Source: Mobula hypostoma (lineage: Eukaryota). Taken from it: a DNA stretch of 64,000 nt. The notes beneath the pieces are model-generated. The model did no database searches, was not told the DNA's origin, and saw nothing but the letters and a program-made list of their open reading frames with translations. The stretch lies in the NCBI RefSeq assembly GCF_963921235.1, contig NC_086107.1, positions 110,238,001 through 110,302,000 of the forward strand, in the 5' to 3' direction. Below, one piece after another: positions 1-13,673 of the stretch (its first letter is position 1; every line of letters begins with the position of its first letter). A program made the position numbers and the translations under genes.

Positions 1-248
1 CAGTGTTAACGGCAACGCAATCCGACTTAACATGGCGGACGGTGTGATCCGACTTAACATGGCGGACGGCGTCCTCCTTCCTTAAGCCGACAAACGGCTG
101 AAGCTGCGCAATGTTTTCATGAGCGTCACAAAGTAGTGCGTGTGTTCGTTGTATTTAACTCAAATTTTTAATATAATAGACTTTATGGCAGTCTGTTCAT
201 AAGTACCAGTTGTCTGTAAGTCGGACGTTCTTAACCCAGGGACTTACT
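1..248. mobile_element. End of a Tc1/mariner/pogo-type non-autonomous element
   Basis: Ends ...GGGACTTACTG followed by TA. Contains an internal repeated TCCGACTTAACATGGCGGACGG and is CpG-rich relative to its surroundings. Confidence 0.45.
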
Positions 249-2889
249 GTAATACTGAGGACTGAACAGAGACAAGTTCAACCCTGACTCTGGTAATTTA
301 TCCACAAAAAAGTGAATCCCATTGATTTGTTGTTGAAGATCCCATCCAGTTCCCAATGTCCCAAAAGGAAGATAGTGTCCTTGATCTGTTCTGTGCGGAT
401 TCTAGACCCATTGGAATGTGGCCAACTCTTAATTAATCTCTGAAAAGGCCTGGAACTTGCTTGGTTATATCACTATCATGCACTGTAAAAGCACCACAGA
501 TAAAACACTCCAGGGATTCTAGCCAGCTCAACAAGCATCTTCTCAATGGCAATTTTGTGATACCAAAACAACACGAATGGAAAAAAACCCCTCAGCAGTC
601 TGGGTATGGTGGATGAGGGGCAGAGTTCAATATGGCACAGTGTAACGTACTGCACATAACGTTCAGAAAACACAACTATGAACAGTTTATGATAACAAGG
701 AGGATGGTGATAAAGCCTGTGTGCAAGATGGGAGATAGATTAAGGAGACAGAAGATCACAGAAGAAACAATGTCAGTACAACATATAATACAACTAGTTG
801 GGGGTAGACGAGTTGAGGAGGAACTGCAACGCCTGACTGGGTGGAACAGGGATTACATGGAGATTCAAATGCAAGCAGTAAGACAACTATAGACACAATA
901 CAAAGACCATATCGTGCCAAGTCTACAAGAGAAATGACAAAAGCTGATTGAAGCGTGAAGAAACAGTTAGACACTATGCAGCTTTTTCCACTGGGGTCAC
1001 TTAAAGGAAATATTAATGCTATCCACTTCCACTGATGTGTCAATTACACAGCCGGCAGCCTGGCAGCTGCAAAACCTCGTGTTAAATCTAATGTTTAGAA
1101 TACACATGTAACCAAAGATTAACTCAACTATTCCTTTTTAAAGCTGGGATGCACAGAGAAAATAATGTGCGCCAAGGCAAGATCATATTGTTCAGAAACA
1201 TCTTGATAATATCATCCCATTTTTAGCAATCAATTGCATCAATGATTCAAACAAAGTCACTAACAGGTGGAAGAAATTAACTGGGATTTGAGATTATCTA
1301 ATGACTTTCGAATGGCTTCACAGAAGCTTACTTTTAACATCATTTACAAAATAGCCAAATAAAGCATGAAGTGGTAGCCAATATACAGTGTTCACATTAA
1401 AGCTATTGTGTGCATCACAGACCAGAGGGACAAATACCAATCAAAACTGAATTGACAGTCAACTCAATTCCCAAGATCATACTGTGAAGTTACACAATCT
1501 TCTATTGGCTATTTAGGTTTAAAAGGCTTTTGAGATGCATTCCAGCTGAAACGTTTCTTTGGGACAAAATAACAGTGCCCAAGAATCAAATACCCCTGCT
1601 CAGCCAATTGAAAACCTTGCATTTTATTCTAGTTGCCTCTTAATACTGAACGTCAATGTTACTGATTGGTGAAGAGCTTTCTCCCACTCCAGGAGAAGGG
1701 AGAGTTAAAGCCTTCATACTGATGAGTTTCACATTTTGAAAAACATCCACAATGTTATTTCACTGTAAATAATTCATTGAATTATACTGTAGTTCCTATT
1801 CCAATTCCACTACAAAACACTTGCATCAATTTCTTTTTTGTTTTCATACATAATTAACTCAATTTCTCAAACTTGTGATCATATTGTGATCATTGACAAC
1901 AGTATAATTATTATATAACGCCATGGTCATATGTGCAAAGACTGAATGGTTAGAACATGTGCATTGCTCAGGACAATGCATTGTTCTGCTTAGTTTTAAA
2001 AATGAGCGCCACCTGCTGGGTTCATTTCAGAATGAAAGACAGGAAAAAGAGTTCACAATGGAGCCACTCTGGTTCCAGACTGGCCTTTGCCAGCATTCCA
2101 GGTCCACAACATTCTGGGTTATCCACCGATAACCTCAAAACAGTTTAATCACAGACGATGTCACTCAAACTTAAAAACACATTAAACTGTGGTAGCTTAG
2201 CAATTACCAGGCATTACAATATAATTATCAGCAGCCTTTGCCCAGTTCACTGCCACATGCACCACAGATTGAATGAAAATTCTCAAGTATACAAACAACA
2301 AGAATAATACTACAACAGATGACAGATGCTCCTCGGCGTTATATAATAGCAATAATGAACTGGAAGGTGTATATTTTTTGTACATTTTGTATAGATATTC
2401 TTCACATCCCATTCACCTAGGAATTTTTTAAAAAAATCAGAATTGTTGTACTGACTCAAATCTTGATTTTGCAATCCTTTCCCCTTTTGGACATGGTAGA
2501 CTGTTGAAGCCTAGTAATTTAGACACAGTGATCAGAATAGTCCATTACAAAATCCCTTTCAATTCTAAGTTAATATTTTGGGGTAAAAAGGAGATTAGGC
2601 TATACAAACTGTAACATACAAGATATCACTTGCTTTTTAATTTCTCTTTCTAAACAGCATCCGACCGTCATTATTAGCTCAAACTACACAACTATTTTGT
2701 CTCAAATATGGAATCTGTCAAGTAGGTTGGGATTCCATCCTAAATTACAAAAGTGCCATGATAAATCAATAGCAGCCCACCTGGAACACAACACAGTGAA
2801 TTCCAAAGGAATATTCCTCCCCCCCTCCCTCAAGAGAACAGCTTTGTTTATAGAACTTAGTAAGCTGCATGTTAATATTATCATCTAAC

Positions 2890-3175
2890 TGGGTGCCTCG
2901 GTAGCATTGCGGTTAGCACACCCTACTGCAGCTCGGGTTGTCGGTGTTCAGAGTTCAGTTCAGGCATTTTCTGTAAGGAGTCTCTGTACGTCTTCCCCGT
3001 AGTATGTGGGTTTCCCACAGGTGCTCATGTTTTTCCCACAGCCCAGTGATGTACCGGGTAGGTTGACTGGTCATTGTAAATTGTCCTGTGATTATGTTAA
3101 GGTTAAATCGGTGTTGTCAGAATGGCATGGCCCAAAAGGCCTATTCCACGCTGTGTCACTAAATAAACAAACAAC
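2890..3175 (+). mobile_element. tRNA-derived SINE
   Basis: A-box-like GGTAGCATTGCGG, GAGTTCA, core GGGTTTCC...GGTTGACTGGTCATTGTAAATTGTCC and an AAATAAAC tail. Related copies near 7540, 23750, 44815 and 55015. Confidence 0.65.
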
Positions 3176-4649
3176 TGGGATCTATTTTATTATACAAATT
3201 ATATTAAAAACTGAGAATTTAGTATAATGCAGGAGTGTTTATAGTCTTAAATTTAGCTTTTCTCTTTTACATTTAGTCACATGGAAGAAGTGTCCCAGTC
3301 ATTTGCAAGTTTGAGGAGTTAATGAATGGTCTTGCTTGCTGATTATGGGGATTAGGGTTAGGATTACTTTTGATGACCTTAGCTTGTCTTCGATTAAAAA
3401 AATAACATAACTTTAGGCTAAAATACAAATAGAGCTGAATCTACTTGTGCAAAATGTTTCCTTTTGTAGAATTGCAAAACTTGAAGAAATTGGTCACAAA
3501 AGCCTTGCTGCTGTGATTACTCCTAAACACCACATGCTTTAAAGACGGCTTTACTCTGGGAGAGTTCCTTCACTGATACGTACAAGTTTTTTTGTTTGGG
3601 TATCAATTTTTATTTTGGATAAGACAATATTGAAATTAATTTCCTTCCAACAAATTTTAAGGCACAGATATTTTGCTCACATCATTAACCCTTGTTGTGC
3701 TCAGAATAAAAACCGGATGTACACTACATGGGAAGACAGTGAAATGATTGGCCAGTGCATTATTGGCTAATGTACACCTTCTTGCTCATTATTGCGGGTG
3801 AAAAAATATCACAATACATAGTACATTGTTTTAGCTCGCAATTTTAAAACTGACAACAAATAACTAAAGAACCTCAAAATTAAAAAATACAAAACAGTTT
3901 ACAATATTAACTCCAAAAATGTTACTGACTTTGAGCTTTTGATGACTGAGGTAGCATTTCACAGGTTTATTTTAAAGAAACAATTCTAGACTTGCATTCA
4001 GGCCTGGAGACAAGTGAACAAATTATATGTGCTACGAGTAGTATAAATGAAGTTATAGAGCCAAATGAACTAGCTTAACAAGCCAATACCATCTCAGTGG
4101 ATATGATCTACAATATCATAATTGTATTTTACAATTCCTTCAATTTGTATTACACAATACAAAATATCCACATTCTTAAACCTCATCACACAATACAATG
4201 ATATTGCAGTGTAGTGTCAACACATCTGTTGAACATTTCCAACATTTGTTTAATCTTGCTAAAAGAAAACCTTCCTGCTTTCTAAGTAAACACATGCCTG
4301 GATCAAAACTTCAACACAACTAAGTATTATGTGATTGACACAACTTGCATATTCAAATCCAATCATTGTAATCTGAAACTGATTCTTTTTTTCTTCATTA
4401 CTCTACTCAGAACCAATTACGTGTATTAACCTTTTGACACAAAGAACTTTATAATAGTTTCTCTAAAAGCCCTTTAAACACGCCTTTTCTGTTTCTTGCG
4501 TATTTTAATTAGAACATATACTGACAGATAGTGGCAAGTCAATGGCTATTAATGTAGCACCATCTCTGCTGGAGTACAGTGAGATGTTAAATTGGTAATG
4601 TAGTTAGGAGCTGTAAATTATGAGGGATTTATTAATAGGTTCACTGAGG

Positions 4650-5600
4650 TGTCCAGGGAAGGGTAGGACCTCTGGTGAAGGGGCTTGTCGTGTCCATTCT
4701 GGGGCAGCTCACCCACCTTTGGCCCCCTCTGGACACTGAGCTCTCATGTGTGGCTCCAAGCACTACCTCAGAATTTTTTCCCCTTTCCTTCTCTTTTTTC
4801 ACTACTTATTTAATTTAATTTCCCTTTTTATATATACTTATTGTAATTTATAGTTTTTATTATGTATTGCAATGTACCGCTGCCAAAGAATAACAAATTT
4901 CACAACAGGTCAGTGATATTAAACCTGATTCTGAAGTAGCCGTCTGCATGCGACAGCAGCCACACCCTGGCGCACCATTTTGACAGGTGGGCTAAACCAG
5001 ATGAGGATGGCTGGTGGGCGTAATACTTCGGGTAGATAGGAACGTGCCTAACTTAGCATGTGAAGTCGGCTTCGGCAGCCTGGGTGAATGAGATCTACAG
5101 TGAGATCAAAGGCCACTATGATTGTTCTGCAACGCTCTGTGGAGAGCAAAGGACATGACGAGGTATAACTAATGGTCAAAGGAAGACCCCAGTTGTGATG
5201 ACTATTTGTACCACTGGACCCGGACTTCCAAGGTTGAGAGAGTGAAACTGCCCCAGTGCAATGGCTTTTCCACTTTAAAAGCTCTCCAGCACAGGTTTCC
5301 TGTCGTCGTCAGATACGAGAGACAACCACCATAATAACAGCTTCGTAGAGTTACAGCTCTGCCATGGATGCTCTCAAGCCCAGCTGCAAAAGGAGGGGGT
5401 TTGGACACGGAGTTAGCAATCCCGTCCCGTTAAAAACCCAGTGTTACAAAAATGCCAACAGGACTCCAAAGACCTCAATCCTGGGAGAGGAAGGAAACAC
5501 CAAGAAGATGGACTATACCTGGGGACAACTTCAAAAAGTGGTCCAGGACAGAGGACTCTGACCAGTTGATGCCAGTGGCCTATATCCCATTAGGGGTGTA
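4650..5600 (+). mobile_element. Degraded RTE-like LINE/SINE fragment interrupted by another LINE tail (~4775-4935)
   Basis: 3' part encodes YTWGQLQKVVQDR, similar to the end of RTE ORFs. The inserted tail ends AAACCTGATTCTGA. Confidence 0.45.
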
Positions 5601-6250
5601 AGGAAAGAGTTCATTGTGATTCCTCCTTGCTGAAATAAAATGGAAGCTCGAGGACAAAATGGTGTCAAGTTGCAATGTGGTAACAGCCTGTTTTCCCTCT
5701 TACTGACCAATATTTTGTCTCTATTTTGAATGCATATCATTAAGATCCTCCTTAAAACACTGTTGTCTTTGTTTTCCTAAATTATGTGTCTGGGCTGAAG
5801 GTTAGAGATAAAGGAGCACAGCTGGGACAACCAAGGGACGGAAAAGTACCAGGGTGATAATTATGCAAACGCGAGGAAATCTGCAGATGCTGGAATGTGT
5901 GTTGTAGGGTGATAATTATGTTAAGTTTTGAAGGAATCTTAAAGGGTATAAAAATAGATCATGACCAGGACTAGTGCTCAGTCACAGTTAGAGAAAAAAA
6001 AGGCTGCATGAATTTTGTGGAATCTGTGGCTCCTCTCTGACATGCAAAGAATGGCGATGGGCTTAAGTCAGTCATAGAGTTACTGAAACAGGCCATTCAG
6101 CCCAATGTGCACATGCCAACTTGGGTGCCTATCCACATTAATTCCATTTTCCTGTATTTGGCTGATATCATTTTAAAATCTTTCTTATCCATGTAACCTA
6201 CCAAATATATTTTAAACATTGTAGTTTTACCTGCTTCCATTATTACCTGT

Positions 6251-6560
6251 GGTGTGGGCACGTGGCCAAGTGGTTAAGGCATTGGACTAGCGACCTGAAG
6301 GTTGTGAGTTCAAGCCCCAGCTGAGGCAATGTGTTGTGTCTTTGAGCAAGGCACTTAATCACACATTGCTCTGCGATGACACCGGTGCCAAGCTGTATGG
6401 TCCTAATGCCCTTCCCTCGGACAACGTCGGTGTCGTGGAGAGAGGAGACTTGCAGCATGGGCAACTGCTGGTCTTCCATACAACCTTGCCCAGGCCTGCG
6501 CCCTGGAGAGTGAAGACTTTCCAGGCGCAGATCCATGGTCTCGCAAGACTAACGGATTAC
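6251..6560 (+). mobile_element. tRNA-derived SINE inserted in a CR1 remnant
   Basis: TGGCCAAGTGG (A box) and GAGTTCAAGCCC (B box). TACCTGT flanks both sides (6244-6250, 6561-6567). Confidence 0.65.
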
Positions 6561-7539
6561 TACCTGTCAGCTCATTCCATAAACTCACTACCCTGTATGG
6601 AAAAACTTGACACTCAGATCCCCTTTACAATTTCCCCTCTCCTTTCGTTTTAGATGCCCTTACCCTGGGAAACATTATGACTTTCGATCATATCTATGGC
6701 CCTCATAATTTTATAAGTGTCTCAGTCCTTGGCCTCCTTCACTCCAGGGAAAACTGCCCCAGTCTTTCCAATCTCTCCTTGTAACTCAACCCCTCCTGTC
6801 CAGGCACCTTTGAATATTTTCTGCACCCTCTCTAGCTCAATTACATCTTTCAATTTACCTGTACATATACAGAAGAAATATGGAAAGCTCCTGCGTGGAG
6901 AACTACTAACAGGTAGACCCATTTGCACATACATATTAGACCTGAGCACCAAGTTTCCAAAACATTCCAAGACAGGGAAACAAAAGCACACCAAGGAAGA
7001 AATTGAGGGTTTATAGTGGTCATTAAATGTGAGGATGGAGAAATGTGGATGTCTCATAAATCAACTTACACAATTTTGTTTGCACTGGACAAAGTACTTA
7101 AATCACTCGGTACAATTAGTGGAGGATATTTTTTGTGAAGGATAGAACAAGAAGCTCAATGAGGTTGTGAGGTAAACCAGAGAGACGATCATGGCGTAAG
7201 GCAAGTGGGAAATGTTATTTGTGAAAAGATCTTTGAACAAAAATAGGGTCTGCTATAATTTTGGGGCTTTTGTACTATTTGGCATTCATCGGAAGAGAAA
7301 TGTAGTAGTTGAGTTTAAACCAATAACAAGTTTGAACAAGTCATTTTGTGCAGGGGGAGCAAGAATGGGTACAGGCACTGATGGAAGGTAGAAGTTAATC
7401 TTCATATGTTTACTAAAACTAACACAAGGCAGTGAAGGACGCCACGGTGGATTTTACAGACAGGGGCTCGACGGGAGTTAAGGTACTGAATTTCTAGTGT
7501 GATACATTTGGTGATGTTTAGCTGGAATAAATTGTGTAT

Positions 7540-7820
7540 AGGCTTCATAGCATACTGGTTAGTGCGACATGATTACAATTCAGGCCACTGGAGTTTGGTG
7601 TTCAGCTCCGGCGTCCTCTTTAAACAAGTTTGTACCTTTCTTCCAGTGTGTGCATGGGTTTCCTCCCACATTCGAAAGACATACCAGTTAAGTAGATTAA
7701 CTGGTCATTAAAATTATCCCCTGATAAGGCTAGGGTTAAATAGGTGGGTGGCGCGGCTCAAAGGCGGGAAGGTCCTATCCTGCGCAACTTCTCCAAATAA
7801 ACAATAAATAAATACATAAA
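7540..7820 (+). mobile_element. tRNA-derived SINE
   Basis: Same core as the 2890 copy, with an (AAAT)n tail. Confidence 0.55.
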
Positions 7821-8279
7821 ATCACGAAAAACCTACAGAATCAAAGCTAATGGTAAAACAATAAAGTTGGGCTGCATTAATCTAACAGAGCCAACCCTAA
7901 AGTTTAAACTGCAAAGCAAAAACTAATGCTGCAAATACACAACCTGGAGAATTGCAGATATGGAAACAAGTCCTCAACATCCCCCACTGATGTAGGAATA
8001 GCTCCAGGACTGGTTGCATAATAATCAACAAATACAGGAAACCTGGAGTTCAGGTGTGCAAAAAGGAGCTTTCTATCTGAACACTAGCTTCTGAATACAG
8101 TTGCAATGACCACGATAAAAAAAAAGTAGCTGATGATTAATCGGCTGTGTGGCAGCCAGAGCAATGTCAAATGTCCTGTCAGGTTTTGGGAGAAAATTCT
8201 GCTGGCTAGGAAGAGATGTTGGGAACCACGGAATAAAAGCAAACTGTGAAGGAAGGTCATGTAAGTGACAATGGATTCC

Positions 8280-9915
8280 AACATCTTCCGAAACTACGAT
8301 GTCAGGGTAACTGACCTAAAATTTCTTTTCTTCTGCCTGCCTCCCTTCTTGGAGTGGAGTGACATTTACAATTTTCCAGTCTTCCGGAACCATGCCAGAA
8401 TCCACTGATTCTTGAAACATCATTACCAATGCCTCTACAATCTCTTCAGTTACTTCTTTCTGAGCCTGGGGTGTAGACCATCTGGTTCAGGTGGCTTATC
8501 TACCTTCAGGTCTTTCAGTTTCCCAAGCACTTCCTCCTGAGTATTAGCAATTTCACACACTTCGGCCTCCTAACACTCCCAAACCTCTGGCATACTGCTA
8601 GTGTCTTTCACAGTGAAGACTGATGCAAAATAGCTATTCAGTTCATCTGCCATTTCTTTGCCTCCCATTACTACCTCTCTAGCATCATTTCCAGCGGCCC
8701 ATTATCTACTCTCACCTCTCATTTACACTTCACATACATCTGAAGAAACTTTCTATATCCTCTTTAATATCATTGGTTAGCTTACCTTCGCATTCCATCT
8801 TTATGACTTTTCTTTAAGTTGTCTAATGTTGGTTTTTAAAAGCCTCCCAATCCTGTAATTTTCCACTAATTTTTGTTCTAGTATATGCCCTCGCTTTGGT
8901 TTTTATGTTGGCTTTGACTCTTGTCAGCCATGATTGTGTCATCCTGCCTTTAGCACACTTCTTCTTTGGGATGTATCTATCCTGCGCCATCTAGATTGCC
9001 CCCAGAAATTCCAGTCCTTGCTGCTTTGACGTCATCCTTGCTAGTGTTCCCTTCCAATCAATTTGGGCCAGCTCCTCCCTCATGCCCCTGTAATTTCCTT
9101 TACTCCACTGTAATTCTCAAATTGCAGGGTGAATTCTATCATATAGTAGATATATGATATATGTCGCCTAATGGTTCCTTTACCTTGATGTATCCAATCA
9201 ATTCCAGTTCATTGCACAACTCCCAATCCAGATTAGCTGATCCCCAAGTGTGCTCACCCACGAGCTGCTCCAAAAAGCCATTCTACAAATTCTCCCTCTT
9301 GGGATCCAGCACCAACCTGATTTTCCCCAATCTATCTGCATATTGAAATCCCTCATGACTATCCTATTACCCTTCTGACATGCATTTTCTATCTCCCGTT
9401 GTAATTTGCAGCCTACACCCTGGCTACTCTCCGGAGGCCTGTACATAAAACCCACCAGTGTCTTTTTACCCTTGCAATTTCTTAGTTGTACCCACAAGGA
9501 TTCTACACCTTCCGATTCGATGTCACCTCCTAAGGATTTGATTTCATTTTTTAAATCAACAGAGCCACACCACCGCCTCTACCTATCTGTCTGCTCTTTA
9601 GATATAATGTCTATCCTTAGACGTTAAGCTCCCAGCTATAATCTTCTTTCAGCCATGATTCAGTGATGCCCACAATGTCATACATGCCAATCTGTGCTAC
9701 AAGTTCATCTACCTTATTCTGTAATCTGCAAAGCATTCAAAGGTAACACTTTTAAAATCCTGTATCCATCACCTTTTTCAATATTGTTCTCTTTTACATT
9801 GCAGCTAATCCTATTCACTGTAATTCTGCCCTATCATCAGCCTCTTTGCTAGCAGCCTCACTACACATTGCCCCTGTTAGTAAATCAACTACCCCATCCT
9901 CAGCCCTATCACTCC
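8280..9915 (-). mobile_element. CR1-type LINE ORF2 remnant (endonuclease region)
   Basis: WVQLRNCKGKKTLVGFMYRPP...DFN is typical of the CR1 APE domain. Multiple frameshifts. Confidence 0.75.
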
Positions 9916-9931
9916 AGTATGATTTAATACA

Positions 9932-11670
9932 CAGTGGATTCCAGTTAATTGGGACACATTGGGACCCCAGTATATTTTGGCTCAAATAGCCAAAGTTTCA
10001 TGGTGTTAGACTCTATAATTGTTATTTTCTCTGCAGTTTTAACAATGTTTGCCTGCTTGTATTGTATATAATTACCTATATACGTGTATATACATGTAAT
10101 TGTTCAGCCTGTTTCCAAGTGGTTACAGTTCTGCCTCTTTCTGGAATTTTCTTTGGTATTGAACTATTTGATAGGGTTGAACTGATTGGTCAACTCTTGT
10201 CTACAAATCTGAATGAAATAAGGGCTGAGCATATTGACTCACCATCTTTCTTTCTTTGCTTCTTCTTTCCCTACCCCTACTAGCCTCTCGCTACTTCTCG
10301 TTTTCAATTCTCTTTGTTCTATTAGTGCTTAATAAAATGATTGTGAAGCAACAAGTTTTTTGCCTCTTTCTTGACCTCTGAAAGAACCTTGGATCAAAAG
10401 CATCAGAATCCAACAATGGAAATAGTTAAAATATATTTTTTAAAAAGGCAAGCTACCGTTTAACTGAATAACAAATTATCCATTTAAAAGAAATGCAGGA
10501 TAAATTAGAACACTACCAGTACTACCACAGTACTATAAAACTGTTATAGTTCCTAATCGGTATCGACGGAGGAATTCATCCAGTGTATACTGTTGTGTTC
10601 TCTTGATTGGCTATAAATGATCAAAATCAACGCAGACACCCAGTGCAGATGATGAACTGGCTTCACTGCCTTCCTGCATGAATCAATGTTATAATCTAAC
10701 AATAAATTTCCTACCATCCTATATAGTCACTAGTTCAAGTTCAGATGCATTATCTTCATCATTTTCCTTGTCTTCGTATTTCCTGCCTTGGTGTTATGAT
10801 ACAATGCTTTCGATGACTGCATCCTCCAAACCTTCAGGGAGTTTTGTACATTTCCATGTTTCTGCACCTGCAGAATCAGCACCATCTTTCTCGCCTTGTA
10901 CTTTCTTGAATTTAATGTGGTGCCTACGTTTCCACCGAAACAACCAACCATCTGTTGCTTTAAAATCTTTGTGACCCAGCTTCTTAGCTAGCTCCTCTGA
11001 CACGTTTTTTAACATTGGTCCACTGACACGTACACCTCGACCAGTTACAATGGAAAACCATTGATTGAGGGCCTCTTCAACATTTGGATCCTTACTTTCA
11101 CGCTTTCGTTTTTGGGATGTTCCCTGTTGACCCTCACGTAATGCCCATTCTCGCAGTTTATCTTGCTGAAGTATCAAGCGTGCAATCGTAGATTTTGGCA
11201 CTCCAGTTATCTCCGCCAGCCGACGATAAGTGGTGTTAGGCGGATGACTTTTAATTTGATCCAGTAGGGTAACTTTTTCGGCTAGTGTCAAATCTTTTCG
11301 TGCCATCTTGGCAAGAGTCTGAAATTTTTTAAAGTCAAAATAAAAATCAGAATTATCAAAAATCACTGCTTTTTGAATCGGTGTCCCTCGGCCCAAATGG
11401 ATAACATATCACAAGCACACGCAACTGGCACGATCTAAAAACTGTTCGCTCCATGCAAGGTGCAGTGTCTAATCGCCACAAAAGTGCACATGACTGATGC
11501 TAGTTAGAAACCGTTCAGCATTAGTCTCCTTTCCCAATTAAGTGAATAGTGTCCAAACAAATAAAGGGAATCCTGGCTATTTTCTTGATTAGAATTTTTG
11601 TTCTTTATGAGTTGCCCCAAATAAGTGGCTGCCCCAGTTAACTGATGACCCAATTATCTGGAATCCACTG
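9932..11670 (-). mobile_element. Tigger/pogo DNA transposon, internally deleted
   Basis: TIRs CAGTGGATTCCAGTTAATTGGG ... CCCAATTATCTGGAATCCACTG, with TA on the right flank. Encodes CENP-B-type HTH domains. Confidence 0.85.
10794..11306 (-). pseudogene. Truncated Tigger transposase ORF (CENP-B N-terminal HTH + Tc5 HTH, no DDE), 170 aa from ATG
   Basis: RKDLTLAEKV...RRLAEITGVPKSTI; VEEALNQWF...VSGPML...FKATDGWLFRWKRRH. No DETG motif. Confidence 0.8.
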
Positions 11671-13641
11671 TATATTCAATCAGAACCCAACTGTCAACAC
11701 TAATTACATTTAAAGACTGTTACATATAACAGTGCAGTTTAAATAGTTAACCCTTTAAAACAGTAAATATATTGTTACAGACTTGACAAGTTCTGCACCA
11801 GTAATTATTTTATAATTATTACAGAGCAATTATCTTAAAATAAACTGGAAAAAGGTGTCATATAGCTAAAGGAATATAATCTCACTGGATAAAGATGGAG
11901 TATGCATCATAAGGGGAAGTTCCTACCATTCAAGATTGTTAGCCTCCATTGATTCTCAAATAAAATGTAGGGTAATATTTAATTGTTGCCAGTTCAAAAA
12001 ATAATCTGTAAGGAATTGAAGCACATCATTGGTGTTGTTTAGTGAAATCTGCAGGTAGGCAACAAGAATTACTCATATCATAATTTATACGAGCCTTCAC
12101 CCAAACCATAATAACCTGCTGTATTAAAAAAATACAATTTATTTGCCAAATAAGTTATACTAGTGTCTACTCGTTACTGCCCCTTAAAGGAAGCAGTTTT
12201 GTTCATCTCACTAAAACCCCTCTTAACTTTGAGCACAAATATTCACTTAACTATTTCTGCTCTAATGAGAATAGTACTAGCTTCTGCAGTATTTTATACT
12301 TGATATAATACCATATTAAGAGCTTCACATTGTCCGCAAAAGCGGATACCCAAAAACTAGATACTTTGGCCATGGCTGAACTAGTAATTTGGAAAGATTT
12401 TGCGTTTTAGTACTCTACACCTCAGTTTAAAAAAACCAAGGATCCATCAACATGCTTCTGTAGCAATTATATCAATCCAACCCACTCCTTTTAAAGAGCT
12501 GAATACATAAAAGTACGTGATCTAACGCATCTCTTAATTCCCACACCCTTTCAAAAATCACCCTCCATCTTATTTTAGTTTTGATATAAATTAGTTACAA
12601 ATTATATGGATTTTATAAAATAAAGAAAAACTGAAACTAGTTTTTTCCTCCCAATACAAACTTCATCTTGCTAGTTCAAATGAGAATACCTCTATTTCAG
12701 CAGCATTAATAGCAACTAAAGGAAACAAAAATATACAGTTGGGCAGATATATACATTTTATTTATTCAAGAACCACTGATAGAAAGGGATTCTATCTCCC
12801 AAATCCCATTAGATGAAAGTACCTCTCAATCTATTGCAAGGACAGCTACAATAAGACTCCAAGAATGTCTCCTACAACATAGGCTACCCACGGGAGCTTA
12901 AACAACAGTATCTCATATCCAGCAAGGATGGTAGTTTAAATGCGTGTCCTAGCTAATGTGATGCAAGGTTGTGTTGGAAGTGCATACAATCCATGTGTTG
13001 TACGGACGTATACAACCATTACTGTACATTAACACTACGAAAGGACTGGTATTTGATATCAGATTCAAACCGATACTGATAGGAAACACATATTGTATTT
13101 TTTATTGACATGAGATCAGTTTCTGATTTACCTTCTCATAAGTTTTATAATTAAAACAATTTTAATGCAGGTTAAGTAAGTACCATTTAGAATTGACATT
13201 CTGTGTTTTGATCAGTGCTGTAACAAAGGTTGTAACAATTTCAGAAGCCCTGGTGGAACAGCAAAGCCTAGGTGCTGCTTTTTTAGATCTCCACCTCAAA
13301 TCTGCGGTCTCCACATCGTAAACTTTTGAACCCACAGTGCAGCCACTTTCAACACCAGTGTGGATTCCCAGCTTCGTCATCTTTGATGCCCCTTCTTTAA
13401 AAATCAGAGCTTTAAAGGACAAAATATACTTCAGGGTTAAAGCTGGGAATCATTAAAGTAACTTCCAATTATATATAAAACAGCCAACCTCTATTGATCA
13501 AAAGCTCAATTTAAAGAACTAGTCTCCTTCAGTCATATTAAATATAACAATGAAATTGCACATGATCATACTTTCCAGTTGTCCATTTCAGAACTATTAT
13601 ATATTCTTTTAAAACAATACATTACTTTTTTTGTCTGTATA

Positions 13642-13647
13642 TTTATT
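13642..13647 (-). terminator. Candidate polyadenylation signal AATAAA for the recombinase isoform
   Basis: AATAAA on the minus strand about 27 nt after the stop. Further copies lie downstream (e.g. 13101-13106). Confidence 0.4.
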
Positions 13648-13673
13648 GAATTTCATTCACAGTACTACACAGT

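Noticed and set aside
6255..6330. tRNA gene
   Set aside because: It is the tRNA-like head of a SINE with a body and flanking duplication. I could not fold a full cloverleaf.
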